IMG/VR virus record: IMGVR_UViG_3300010163_000024
Location: 3 to 64,002 of that record
DNA length: 64,000 nt
DNA from: a virus
Lineage: Duplodnaviria; Caudoviricetes
Strand: one strand, 5' to 3'
Translations under genes and position numbers: made by a program
Shown: positions 9,621 through 19,420 of the stretch, in pieces
Numbering within the stretch: the stretch's first letter is position 1
Layout: each line of letters starts with the position of its first letter
The notes under the pieces: generated by a model
What the model saw: only the letters and a program-made list of their open reading frames with translations
Told to the model about the DNA's origin: nothing
Databases searched by the model: none

Positions 9621-9845
9621 CTATTTGGTGTTTTCTTCGGGGTACTCCAACTCAATAAGCATGTCTATGTAGTGTTTTATTTTCAGCAAGTCTTCCTTGC
9701 CGTTCTTATCCCTAAATCGAGTGATATACTTGACCACGCATCCCTGAATAAAGTCTAATCCGTTTGCGTGTATATACTCTATCGGCTGAATCTTTTGCTT
9801 GCGGTAGTGTTCTCCACCTACCTGTGTGTCTAATGCTTTTCCCAT
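9621..9845 (-). CDS. DUF3310 (SaV-like) protein
   Basis: QVGGEHY...IQPIEYI...GCVVKYITR...KNGKEDLLK. Confidence 0.8.
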   Translation of the reverse strand: MGKALDTQVGGEHYRKQKIQPIEYIHANGLDFIQGCVVKYITRFRDKNGKEDLLKIKHYIDMLIELEYPEENTK

Positions 9846-9971
9846 AGTGATTCACTCTTAAAAGGTGATTATCATACAAGTTTACACTTTTACATATTCG
9901 CGTTTCTTTGCCCCGACCACTGTCGGCGACTCCACGCGCCCTGCCCCGATCACCGCAGGTGGTATTCCTAT
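9845..9971 (-). ncRNA. TnpB omega-RNA (reRNA) 3' scaffold plus putative guide
   Basis: Overlaps the tnpB 3' end as omega-RNAs do; two hairpins plus GCGCGT/ACGCG pairing; near-identical copies elsewhere define the conserved core; scaffold/guide boundary uncertain. Confidence 0.7.
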
Positions 9972-11075
9972 AAGGTTCTGATGTTGCAAACCGAACCTCT
10001 TAATGTTTTGAGCAGCAAGCAAGTCACGGTCATGCGTCGTCCCACACTTCGGACAAGTCCACGACCTATCCGATAACGTCAGGGCGTCATTCTTGTAGCC
10101 GCAAGTACAAAGTTTGCTGCTCGGCTCGAATCTACCTATGCGGATAAGGTTCTTACCTTGCCACTCGCACTTGTACTCCAACTGACGAAAGAACTCCGAC
10201 CAACTCGCTGACGATATATGCTTTGCAAGGCAATGATTTTTCAGCATACCGTCTACATTCAAGTCCTCAATAATAATCGTTTGGTTCTCGCGAACTATCC
10301 TCGATGTTACTTGATGCAGAAAGTTGGTACGCTTGTTTCTCACTACCTCGTATTGCTTTGCTACTGCTCTACGTGCTCGCTCACGACGATTGCTGCCTTT
10401 TTGCTTCCTTGCAAACCTACGCTGCAATACAGCCAAACGTTTTTCCTCTTTCTCTAAATACTTCGGATTAGCGAAAGTCTGACCGTTTGACAGCACGGCA
10501 AAATCCTTAATTCCTACGTCTATGCCGACCGCCGTGTCCTCCGTGATAGGGGCTTTTGCAGGTAATTCCTTGCCGTCGTCTACCAGCACCGAAGCGTAAT
10601 ACTTTCCTGTCGCTGACTTGCTGATTGTTACCGTGCCTATCTTACCATCAAACGTCCGGTTCTTGTAGAACTTTACCTCTCCTATCTTTGGCAGTTTGAT
10701 TCGGTTTGTCTCAAAGTCAATACTTACCTTTTGCACAAACTGAAACGATGCACGTGAACGGTGCTTTGACTTGAACTTCGGGAAGCCTTTCTTTTCACGA
10801 AAGAAACGAACGAAGGCAGCCTCCATGTGCCGGATTGAACTCTGCAAAGACTGATTTGAAACCTCTTTTAGCCAAATCGTATCTTCCTGCTTTTTAAGCT
10901 CTGTAAGTTCCTTGCAGAGTTCTACCCAACTAATTCTTGTCTTATCTTTCTGATAGGCTTCGATGCGTCTATTCAACGCCCAGTTATAGACGAACCGTGC
11001 GCAACCAAAGGACTTCTCAAAGAACTCCGCCTGTGCCTTGTTAGGGTTCAATCTATATCTGTATGCCTTTATCAT
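9882..11075 (-). CDS. tnpB: RNA-guided endonuclease TnpB (IS200/IS605 family)
   Basis: N-terminal KAYRYRLNP HTH; RuvC-I VGIDVG, RuvC-II IIIEDL, zinc finger CTCG..CPKC, RuvC-III HDRDLLAAQNI; all three acidic residues intact; no tnpA nearby. Confidence 0.95.
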   Translation of the reverse strand: MIKAYRYRLNPNKAQAEFFEKSFGCARFVYNWALNRRIEAYQKDKTRISWVELCKELTELKKQEDTIWLKEVSNQSLQSSIRHMEAAFVRFFREKKGFPKFKSKHRSRASFQFVQKVSIDFETNRIKLPKIGEVKFYKNRTFDGKIGTVTISKSATGKYYASVLVDDGKELPAKAPITEDTAVGIDVGIKDFAVLSNGQTFANPKYLEKEEKRLAVLQRRFARKQKGSNRRERARRAVAKQYEVVRNKRTNFLHQVTSRIVRENQTIIIEDLNVDGMLKNHCLAKHISSASWSEFFRQLEYKCEWQGKNLIRIGRFEPSSKLCTCGYKNDALTLSDRSWTCPKCGTTHDRDLLAAQNIKRFGLQHQNLIGIPPAVIGAGRVESPTVVGAKKREYVKV

Positions 11076-11079
11076 ACTA

Positions 11080-11110
11080 CAAAGATAAGTAATAAAAACT
11101 AAATATGCAA
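11080..11110 (-). promoter_or_regulatory. Promoter of tnpB (probably leaderless mRNA)
   Basis: TTGC-N19-TATCTTTG ending 4 nt before the ATG. Confidence 0.65.
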
Positions 11111-11158
11111 GGATTTAGTTTGGTTCGGCGAACTTGTATATAATTACCATTGCCTTTT

Positions 11159-11470
11159 TTATTCTTCCTCCGATTTTATTTCCTCCAACTTCTTGCGGAA
11201 CTCGTCGAGCGACTTATCCAATTCTTTGAAAAACTCACCAAACGGCACATTCGGCAACTCTACATTCTCGCAAATAAAGTCAAAAATCTCCTTTGCCTTA
11301 TCCGTGTGTAGCACCTTGTTGCCATTCTCATACGTTGCGGTCGAATCCAACGCATACTGCATAGCGGTTGCCTTACTTTCGATAGGCTTACTGAATATCG
11401 ACGACATTAAATTCGGATCGATACCACGTTTCTGTAAAACTTCTTCTGTATGTTCCATTTTGTTTTCCAT
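11159..11470 (-). CDS. Hypothetical phage protein
   Basis: Packed ORF; resembles 62696-62989 in style (..AKEIFDFI...VELP). Confidence 0.55.
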   Translation of the reverse strand: MENKMEHTEEVLQKRGIDPNLMSSIFSKPIESKATAMQYALDSTATYENGNKVLHTDKAKEIFDFICENVELPNVPFGEFFKELDKSLDEFRKKLEEIKSEEE

Positions 11471-11477
11471 AACTTTG

Positions 11478-12406
11478 TTATTTTAGAATTTGTTTATACT
11501 TAATACACTTAAATCCTTTTCTCGGCACAAAGTCGTCAAAAAAGACGGACTTATATAGTTGCCGCTTATTAGCCCAATGCGCTACATCTTTTTGCCATTG
11601 TGGAATTATTTGGTGTTTATCGTCGAAGTTTCTATAAGGTTGGCAATGCGGTGTAATATCCTTTCGGCGTTCCCACATCCACTTAATCCTATTATAACTT
11701 TCGTCAAAATCGCGCAACAAGCAATAGCAAAACAACTCTTTCGTATATCCGTATTTTCTCAATAGTTGTAATGCGTGTTCCACATACTTAATCTGCGCAC
11801 TTTGGTCGCAAGCAACTCGAATATACTTTATCCACTTGCAAGACGCTAACAATTTCGCTACATCGTCAGTAATTAACCTTGCGTCCAAACCTTGATTAAA
11901 GTCTATTCGATAACCTCGTTTTGCCGCTATCTCTATTTGCTCAATTCCGTAGTCAGACGCGAGAATGTTATTATCCATAAGGATAAGGTTATTATTACCA
12001 TTTGCCACCTCGTCAATCGTCATATACGGCTTAACATTACCCTCTTTCTTTGGTACAATACACCACGCGCATTTGTTCGGACAACCCCGCGTCAAAAAGC
12101 CATACGAAATACCCTTGATACCATATAAAGAATAGTCGGGTTGCATACGGTCTATTTCGTCGGGTAGTTTGGTAGTATAGTCATATCCTGTACCACCTTT
12201 TATAACTTCGCAATTCCACACGTCGGTATTGTCGGGTGTAAAAGTAAATACCTTACTCATATACACTCGGTCATAGCGTCCGAAGAGAGGGTCTGCCCAC
12301 TCAACACTATCTACCCCCCCCTCGATTTATGCCACGCGGATAGTTTCATAAGTGCTAAATTCGGATAGCCGCTATGCCCGTCCACATCTACCAACCCGAT
12401 ACGCAT
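11478..12406 (-). pseudogene. Radical SAM protein, frameshifted in a G8 tract
   Basis: CPNKCAWC (CxxxCxxC); true N-terminus MRIGLVDVDGH..PNLALMKLSAWHK starts at 12406 and hits TAG right after G8 (12314-12321). Confidence 0.8.
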
Positions 12407-12409
12407 AGT

Positions 12410-13154
12410 TCAGTACACCTCCCTATTTACCTCCACCTCCAAACCTTTCTTGGCAATGTAAACCGGCTTCCCCGTTGCGCTCATAACGCGCCGACGAAAC
12501 TCAACTACATCCGAATTGTTGTCCGAGAGGTGGATTAAGATTATTTCGTTTACATTACTTAAATCATTCGCTTTAAGCATACCGATAGCGTTTTCCAAAC
12601 TCAAATGCGTCGTCATCAAACGGTCTTTCATTACGCTGCGAACCACACCGTTGTCGATATTACGCTCTACTATCTCATCAGAATAGTTCGCTTCAATCAT
12701 TATGTGGTTCAGACCGCTAAACTTGTATTCGAGCATCATCGTATCGGTAGCGAAAAGCAACTTCCCCATTTCTGGGTGTTCGATAACGAAACCAACGCAG
12801 GGTACATCGTGGTGTACATTAAAGGGTAGTATCTTAAAAGCACCAAGTTTGTACCCGTGCATTGGCTCGATAGGCTTGCAGTAGTTATTACAGTTGCATC
12901 CTGCGGATTCGAGCGTGTCAGCAAGAGCGAGAACTCTGCGACCTCGATTTGCATAGTGGTCTATGTACGCTGCGTGGTCGCTATCGGTGGGAGTGGCTTA
13001 CGCACACTCCCTGCAATCCCCCGATATTAAAGTTCATAGCCTTGTACACTTCGTCTGGGTTTACCCCTGCCTCCAACAAAAGACTACTTCCTTTGCTGTC
13101 GGTGAGTAAGTACGAATTACCCAAACTGCCGCTATCAACGACTATAAGTTTCAT
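12410..13154 (-). pseudogene. Metallo-beta-lactamase-fold nuclease/hydrolase, frameshifted in the HxHxDH motif
   Basis: 5' part MKLIVVDSGSLGNSY...SHSH; 3' part DH...HHDVPCVGF...ATDT...IEANYS...THLS...HLS; frames differ by +1. Confidence 0.8.
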
Positions 13155-13209
13155 AAAAAACCTCTAAATTTTATGCCCTACTGCAAGTGGTTTCGTGGCG
13201 CGCCATAAG

Positions 13210-14067
13210 CTAATACGGCTGCTCCTCCACTTCTTCATACTGAACTTCTTCCGTGTTTACGACGGTGGTGTTGGCTTCTTGTGCGACTACATAATCGCGT
13301 TCCTCCTCCGCTGTTTCAACGGTAGTGCCATTCGGCGTATTCGCATCTGCAAAACTATCCGACGAACTAATAATCGGAACAAGAGCAGAGTTTATGATTG
13401 TCTTGCAAATCATTTTGTAAGGAAAATCATTGTGCGTCTGCTTGGAATTACTCGACGACTTTTCCCACGCTTTCAAAACCATTTTCTTGGTCATAATGTA
13501 TAGGTCTTGCCCCCCGTCTCGGCAAGGAATATACAGATAAGCGCACACAAAGTCATTATCCATATTCTCAATCTTTGAAGTGTGCTTTACAAGACGCCTG
13601 CGTCCATTGGTAATGTCGGTGTCGAACTCGAACTCGTCGCCCTGATATACCACTCGCGGTACAGGTGTATAATCGGGGAATAAACGCTGTATCTGTGTCG
13701 TTGTCCCGTGATACTCCTTACCGAAAACAAGTCGGTTCCCACGAATAGAAAAATATCCTTGACCTTTCGATACGTCAAGCCCTTTTTGTGCCATATCGAC
13801 TAACGCCGTCTGAATTGACATTGGCGTACACGTTTCGAGCGGGGATTTTCCGTCTCGGTCTTTCATCTCGGCTATCGTCATCATTGACGACTTGATAGCA
13901 TTGATGTGGTTATACTTGCTCGGTAAAACAAGACCTCCCGCAATATACTTGTTAATAGTTGCGATTGCCTTGTCGGACGGCGTTTGCTGTGTGGCTACTG
14001 CCGTCGTACTTTGTACTGCCATCGTTGCTGCTTGCGGCTGTGCCGCGCTTTCGTTTGTTGTTGCCAT
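13210..14067 (-). CDS. recT: RecT-family single-strand annealing recombinase
   Basis: CTPMSIQTALVDMAQKGL, YFSIRG, YHG, VVYQGDEFEF, W..FPYKMICKTII. Confidence 0.8.
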   Translation of the reverse strand: MATTNESAAQPQAATMAVQSTTAVATQQTPSDKAIATINKYIAGGLVLPSKYNHINAIKSSMMTIAEMKDRDGKSPLETCTPMSIQTALVDMAQKGLDVSKGQGYFSIRGNRLVFGKEYHGTTTQIQRLFPDYTPVPRVVYQGDEFEFDTDITNGRRRLVKHTSKIENMDNDFVCAYLYIPCRDGGQDLYIMTKKMVLKAWEKSSSNSKQTHNDFPYKMICKTIINSALVPIISSSDSFADANTPNGTTVETAEEERDYVVAQEANTTVVNTEEVQYEEVEEQPY

Positions 14068-14093
14068 AGTGTTTATGTTTTACAATTATTCGT

Positions 14094-14330
14094 TTAACTT
14101 CGCCATCTCCGCATAGTAGTCTCTGCCAAGTTCAGACGCTTTTTCAAGTAACGCTTACCGGCAGAAGTTGATGCGTAGGCATCCCATTCTTCGCTGCTAA
14201 CGACTACTGTGCCGTTCAGAATCCTACTCTTTACTTTCCCTTTGCGGATAACTTGCCATACAGCCAACTCGGTTACTTGTTCGTCGCGGGCTATTTGCCG
14301 CAAGGTGCGGTAATTTTTATAGTTACTCAT
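14094..14330 (-). CDS. Small HTH DNA-binding protein
   Basis: TLRQIARDEQVTELAVWQVIRKGK. Confidence 0.55.
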   Translation of the reverse strand: MSNYKNYRTLRQIARDEQVTELAVWQVIRKGKVKSRILNGTVVVSSEEWDAYASTSAGKRYLKKRLNLAETTMRRWRS

Positions 14331-14922
14331 ATTTATATCTCCATATAAATGAATTTGTGTACTTGATACGTCCTCTTGCAACTTTTGATATAGACGATGG
14401 GTTGCTACTTGTCATTTCTGTTGCGATACTTATACTTTCATATTCACGAATGAATACTCCTGACAAATCAAATTGAAGTATAGCCCTTGAATTAGGATTA
14501 AGTGAGCCTTTTCTGCCATACATACCATTATTTTCCCCAGATTGGTCGCGATGAGCAACTCCTCTTTCTATTCGAGTTCCATAATTCCTATTTTCACGGA
14601 CAGACATCCATTCAAGATTTGATGCCCTATTATCGTTCTTATTTTCATTAATGTGATTTACCTCTGGTTTATTCTCGGGATTTGGAATAAATGATAAGGC
14701 AACCATACGATGAATAGAAAACCCTTTCGTATTTCCGTCTTTGCTTAAAGTAACGAACCTATATCCATTTTTATAATACTGTGGAGATAGAATAATTCCT
14801 TTTAGATTCTTTGATTTACCTGATTTTGTTCTTACAACCCTATCAATAGACCGTACTCTTCCCAGATTGCTTACTTGGTATAAGCCCTCATACTTGGGTA
14901 TATCTTTCCATTCTTCTTTCAT
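14323..14922 (-). CDS. NUMOD4/HNH homing endonuclease
   Basis: EEWKDIPKYEGLYQVSNLGRVRS, IHRMVALSF, VNHINENKNDNRASNLEW. Confidence 0.92.
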   Translation of the reverse strand: MKEEWKDIPKYEGLYQVSNLGRVRSIDRVVRTKSGKSKNLKGIILSPQYYKNGYRFVTLSKDGNTKGFSIHRMVALSFIPNPENKPEVNHINENKNDNRASNLEWMSVRENRNYGTRIERGVAHRDQSGENNGMYGRKGSLNPNSRAILQFDLSGVFIREYESISIATEMTSSNPSSISKVARGRIKYTNSFIWRYKYE

Positions 14923-16859
14923 TGTATAATAAGTTTATCGTCTTTTGATACTTTGAGTAATATCATCTGACTTTCAATCTCTGGAATGTCGTTAATTGAT
15001 TCTGCATTATCCAAGAAACACGGAGCGGTAATATGTGCGTATCGGCATATTGCGCTAATAATATCCAATCCTACAACAATTTTCTCGGCGTTGCTCAAAA
15101 CGCTATACGGTACCCCGTGCATCGTCGCTTCGCAAACCTCGACTTCCTCGCCGTTTACCTGCGTATCAAATAACTTGAAGCGTACAAACTTGAACAACCC
15201 ATTAACTCGGTCGCTGATAGCACGGCTTCGAGCCTTTGAAAACTCTTTAATAGCGTACAGCAAGCCTTTCAGATTTGCTTCTTTCTCTCCGAGATTCCGG
15301 TTCTGCTTCTCCAATTCGGCAATGCGCTCGGCGTTTTTGCGTATTTGGTCGCGTTTTGCAAGACGCGATTTCAGTCCATCCAACTCTGCCGTGAGTGTGC
15401 GCTTACGCTCTTGAAGTGCGGTGTCGGCGATTTCGGTAGGTGCTTCCGAGAGTTGATTTTTCAGTTCACCTATCTGTTTGGTGAGTTCGGCGTACTCGGC
15501 ATCGTCAATGATAAGTTCCTCATACGCAGGTTCAACGGGTCGCTCGCCTATAAGTTCTACCTTAACCTCCTCGATGCTTTTCTTATACCTTTCAATGTCG
15601 CGTTCCGCCCCCGCAATGATATTCTCCGCTAACGTCTTACGCTCTTTTACGGCTAATCCTTGCTTTTTGTTTATTCCCAGACGATTCGCCTTGTCTACGG
15701 TGAAACGTGCAATCATTTCGGATTGTTTTGCTTCAATATCGTCCGCCTCGTACTGCCGACCGCAAGTCGGGCATACGAACTGCGATTCGTCGAAAGTCAG
15801 AGTTTCGGCATTGATAGCGTGGTACTCGGCCAACAGTTGCTCTCGCTCTTTGTCGAGTTCTGCGATGTTATCCGTTTCGCGCTTAATCTTCGCCTCGCAG
15901 GTAGCAATGCCGTTTTCCCAATCCTTTACGTCGCGTTCGGCTTCTTCTATGATGTCAAGCCGCTGGTGGTACTCTTTATACGCCTTGTTCTTGATTTCTC
16001 TTTCCCGTTCCGTGCGCTTGCGGTTTACGGCGTCCAACTCCCTCGCAATAGTCGCCCTCGCTTCACTCGCCGCCGTTATCGCTTTTGCCTTGTCCGCAAT
16101 AGCACCCTCTACCTCTTGCAAATCTTTCGTGCGATCGAAAATCTGCACCTCTAATGCCGCCCAGTCCTCCGCCATAACCTCGTCGCGCTTACGCTCGTCA
16201 ATCCTTGCAGGTAGGTCGCTCAACTCCTTGCGTACTCGCGCAAGTGAAGCCTTTGTTTCGTCCTCGAACTGTGTAAGTGTCTTGTTGCCTACCTTATCGA
16301 ACAACTTTCGGAACTCGCCGTTGCTTTCGATAATCTCTGCGTCGGTAACTCCGCCCGCCATTTTGAAAAGCAACTGACGCTGTACATCGGGTTTCTGCGA
16401 AGAAAAGTAGTGAGGGTTGGTAGTGTACTTAAAAATCTCCTCTTTGACAATAGCGTCGATTTTCTCCTGCCACTCCTTGACGCTACAAGGTACGCCGTTG
16501 TACAGCCTTTCGGTTTCGTGTCCTTTGAAAACTTCTTCACCGTTGCTGTCTTTGTCCCTACGCCATACCTCATTGTATCGTCGCGTAAGCGTAATTTCTT
16601 CGCCGTTCACGTCCAGCACCGCCGTAACTTCATGCGGCACTCGCGGAATGACTACGCCGTCATCATTTGTTTTCACATCGAACTCGGCGCGATTTTGGCT
16701 GTCCTTACCGAACAACACCCAAGTGAAGCCGTCGAAAATCGTTGTTTTTCCTTGACCGTTTGAACCCGAAATAGTTGTGCGGTCGGAAAAGTCTATTGTA
16801 TAGTCCTTGAAGCCTTTGAAATAGACAAAGGACATTCGTTTTAGGGTAACTGTTTTCAT
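14919..16859 (-). CDS. SMC/Rad50-like AAA ATPase with coiled coil
   Basis: GSNGQGKTT, zinc hook CPTCG, signature LSNAE, Walker B FLDNAES. Confidence 0.88.
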   Translation of the reverse strand: MKTVTLKRMSFVYFKGFKDYTIDFSDRTTISGSNGQGKTTIFDGFTWVLFGKDSQNRAEFDVKTNDDGVVIPRVPHEVTAVLDVNGEEITLTRRYNEVWRRDKDSNGEEVFKGHETERLYNGVPCSVKEWQEKIDAIVKEEIFKYTTNPHYFSSQKPDVQRQLLFKMAGGVTDAEIIESNGEFRKLFDKVGNKTLTQFEDETKASLARVRKELSDLPARIDERKRDEVMAEDWAALEVQIFDRTKDLQEVEGAIADKAKAITAASEARATIARELDAVNRKRTEREREIKNKAYKEYHQRLDIIEEAERDVKDWENGIATCEAKIKRETDNIAELDKEREQLLAEYHAINAETLTFDESQFVCPTCGRQYEADDIEAKQSEMIARFTVDKANRLGINKKQGLAVKERKTLAENIIAGAERDIERYKKSIEEVKVELIGERPVEPAYEELIIDDAEYAELTKQIGELKNQLSEAPTEIADTALQERKRTLTAELDGLKSRLAKRDQIRKNAERIAELEKQNRNLGEKEANLKGLLYAIKEFSKARSRAISDRVNGLFKFVRFKLFDTQVNGEEVEVCEATMHGVPYSVLSNAEKIVVGLDIISAICRYAHITAPCFLDNAESINDIPEIESQMILLKVSKDDKLIIQ

Positions 16860-16877
16860 ATCTTTCTTTTTTTAACG

Positions 16878-17249
16878 TTAGAACGGCAGCCCTCCGTCGT
16901 CCTCTACCGCCTGCTGCGCCGGTACCGTAGGCTTCGGCTGCGGTGCTGCTGGCTGACGCTCCTGTCCCTGCGACTGCTGTTTCGCGTCAATCCTCCACGA
17001 CCAACAATCGCACGTAGTGTACCACCTACTATGATACTCGCGGCTGTTAAGGTTGATGTTGAATGTACCAGTATCACCCACTTTTAACGATGCGAACTCA
17101 TCCGCCTTGCGCATATTCGTAAGCGCGACCTTATGCGGGTAGTCACCATCCAAATACTCGACAATTACCGTAGCACGTTTCCACTCGCCGTTCTTACCTT
17201 GTCCTATTTCGAGGTCGCAAACGCCCAAAACTTTCGCTCTGATTTCCAT
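16878..17249 (-). CDS. DUF3127 OB-fold ssDNA-binding-like protein
   Basis: WKRATVIVE...SREYHSRWYT..WSW; acidic DDGGLPF tail. Confidence 0.8.
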   Translation of the reverse strand: MEIRAKVLGVCDLEIGQGKNGEWKRATVIVEYLDGDYPHKVALTNMRKADEFASLKVGDTGTFNINLNSREYHSRWYTTCDCWSWRIDAKQQSQGQERQPAAPQPKPTVPAQQAVEDDGGLPF

Positions 17250-17274
17250 ATTGTTATATCGTTTAATTAAAGTT

Positions 17275-17457
17275 TTACTTTAAGCGTATTTTGAACAAGT
17301 CATACCATAATCGGAACATACAACACGCAAGACCAAAAATTATACACTCGTATGTATAATCGCCAGCGTCTAATATATACGCTAATAGGGAAGTTATACA
17401 AACACATATTGCGGTTGCGAGTATTGCAAATAGTATTATACAAATCTTCTCTTTCAT
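17275..17457 (-). CDS. Small membrane protein
   Basis: Two hydrophobic segments. Confidence 0.5.
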   Translation of the reverse strand: MKEKICIILFAILATAICVCITSLLAYILDAGDYTYECIIFGLACCMFRLWYDLFKIRLK

Positions 17458-17750
17458 ACCTTTTCTTGTTTTGCGCCCAACGCTTCCAGATCCTCTTTAA
17501 GCCGCTTATGGAAATCATATTCGTCGTCATCTCCCGACAAAAGCCAGTCTATACGGTTTGCGTATATCTCCGCCTTACGCAGTAGTTCAACGCCTTTCTT
17601 GAACTCGGCTATCGTCTCGTCCGAGAAACGCTGACCGTTCCAGTTATCCCACCATTCGGGCTTTATCTCGTTTTGGTCTATCTCTTGTTGTATTCTATCG
17701 GCTATCGTTCCGATATGATACTGCCAATAGTTAAAGTGTCCGCCGCTCAT
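17454..17750 (-). CDS. Conserved phage hypothetical protein
   Basis: MSGGHFNY...IDWLLSGDD motif. Confidence 0.65.
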   Translation of the reverse strand: MSGGHFNYWQYHIGTIADRIQQEIDQNEIKPEWWDNWNGQRFSDETIAEFKKGVELLRKAEIYANRIDWLLSGDDDEYDFHKRLKEDLEALGAKQEKV

Positions 17751-17751
17751 A

Positions 17752-18171
17752 CTACTTTAAGTTAAGGTAGTTCCCCATTTTCTCCTTGAACTCGTCAAGC
17801 GTCCGGTAGATAAAGTAATAATACCCCGCACTCTCAACTCGTTCCTGCCATTGCTTCTGCGCCGTAGACTGAACTCCGGTAGGTGTTTTCGCTTCGGCGC
17901 ATACGCCGTGAAACTTTCCTCTCGGTATCAGACCGATAGAATCAGAAACTCCACTAACGACGCCACGCGCCCTACGCCTTGCACCCGATATTTCTTGCAT
18001 TTTCTTACTCTCGTAACCCGACCGTTCGTTTTCATTCACTACCGCAAAGAAAAGCAACCTTGTCTCTGGGTAGGTATTCCAAAGCCAATTCCAAGCATTT
18101 GCCTGCAACACCGCTTCATCGTTCCTGTGCTGCCGCTTCTTCGGCTGAGGTGGGGTCGGGATTATGGTCAT
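17752..18171 (-). CDS. VRR-NUC nuclease
   Basis: E..LQ, GVVSGVSDSI, EAKTPTGVQSTAQKQWQ. Confidence 0.85.
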   Translation of the reverse strand: MTIIPTPPQPKKRQHRNDEAVLQANAWNWLWNTYPETRLLFFAVVNENERSGYESKKMQEISGARRRARGVVSGVSDSIGLIPRGKFHGVCAEAKTPTGVQSTAQKQWQERVESAGYYYFIYRTLDEFKEKMGNYLNLK

Positions 18172-18401
18172 TCATCGTCAAGTTTCTTTATCTCCGCGTC
18201 TAATGCAGAAACGATGATTTCTTTGATGTGTGCGGGAACCTCAAAAAGTCTTGCACCCCACGGGATCTCAATTGATTCGTCTTCATAGACGTATTCAAGC
18301 TCTATGGTTTCGTTTCCGTTAAAAATATCCTTCCACTTCACCAGCTCGTCATACTTCTCTAACTTATCGCGCCCTGAGAGCAATTCTGAAATCTTTGCCA
18401 T
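18168..18401 (-). CDS. Hypothetical phage protein
   Basis: Packed ORF, probable start MAKISEL. Confidence 0.55.
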   Translation of the reverse strand: MAKISELLSGRDKLEKYDELVKWKDIFNGNETIELEYVYEDESIEIPWGARLFEVPAHIKEIIVSALDAEIKKLDDE

Positions 18402-18467
18402 AGTTCTTATTGTTTTGATACGCAAACTTACCAATTATTTTTCAATCTACAAAATTATTTTGATGTT

Positions 18468-19412
18468 TTATTCATACCGGTTCCTATTTTTCCACCTCCA
18501 AATAAGGTAATCCCCTACCCCGTCGTGCTCACCGCAAAGAGGGTATTTCTCCCACCAACGGCATATCTTACCACGACCGGCAGCGCGTTGTTCCCACTCA
18601 TCGGCGGCATCTCGGTCGGGTAATAGCACAAAGTTATCGCCTATCTCCCTCAAATTACCCTTACCACCTGTTGCAATCGCTGTTCTGCCAGTAGTGAGGG
18701 TGATTATCAAACAATCCTTTTCGCTCTCGGTGAGTAATACCTCACTGGTTGGGTTGCTGACTGTTTTTTCGTTGGCTATCAAGTGTTCTCCGAAATAGCA
18801 CCTGCCTGTATATCCTTTATCGGTTAGGTATTTCCGAAACGCATGGCGTTCCTTGTCCCTATGCCCGTTGGACATATAGGGTATTCTGTTTTCGTGGCAT
18901 ATTCGCCCTTTCGCGTCAATGTAAAAGTAAACCGCATTTCCTTTGCTGTCAGTTGTAACTCCGTACCTCTCCCACACCTCTCGTACCCGTTCTTCATCAA
19001 ACATTCCGCAGAACCACCGAAACAACGGGCAAGTGTAAAGGTCAAACTCGCGCATCGCTTCATAATCGGAGCGAGGGACGTAAAGCGTAGGAGGCTTCTT
19101 GTGTTGTGATGCTCGCATAGCAAAGTCCGTTACGGGTCTATCCCCACCGCGTATAACTTCAAAGGCGGCCTTATAGTCCGCGCATCCGCCGTAGGTTACG
19201 AGCCACTTCTGTAACGAAAGCGATGGCCCTCCTTGCTCAAACAGAACGACCGTGCCGCGTTGCAGTTTCACTTTCAACTTATCCCGCTGATTATGCGGTT
19301 CTCCATTGATATAGTAAGCCCCCTCCCACCACGTCTTCTTGAAAGTGAGGTCTAAACCCATTATCTCGGGTATGCGAGTAAACACGCGGTTGTAGTCGAT
19401 AGGGGGAAACAT
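18468..19412 (-). CDS. Primase-like (TOPRIM) protein
   Basis: CYFGEHL, LTESEKD, LLPDRD TOPRIM-like acidic motifs. Confidence 0.65.
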   Translation of the reverse strand: MFPPIDYNRVFTRIPEIMGLDLTFKKTWWEGAYYINGEPHNQRDKLKVKLQRGTVVLFEQGGPSLSLQKWLVTYGGCADYKAAFEVIRGGDRPVTDFAMRASQHKKPPTLYVPRSDYEAMREFDLYTCPLFRWFCGMFDEERVREVWERYGVTTDSKGNAVYFYIDAKGRICHENRIPYMSNGHRDKERHAFRKYLTDKGYTGRCYFGEHLIANEKTVSNPTSEVLLTESEKDCLIITLTTGRTAIATGGKGNLREIGDNFVLLPDRDAADEWEQRAAGRGKICRWWEKYPLCGEHDGVGDYLIWRWKNRNRYE

Positions 19413-19420
19413 GGCTTAAA
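19407..19420. repeat. 14-bp direct repeat, copy 1 (AAACATGGCTTAAA)
   Basis: Identical to 20574-20587; contains the MTase stop codon and the primase-like gene's start codon. Confidence 0.85.

Noticed and set aside
9882-11075. TnpB as a nuclease-dead TldR-type repressor
   Set aside because: All three RuvC acidic residues (GID, IED, DRD) are present.
15478-16377. Long antisense ORFs (e.g. 15478-16377, 55404-56072, 59873-60907, 51279-52124)
   Set aside because: They are shadows opposite well-supported genes, with no motifs or initiation signals.
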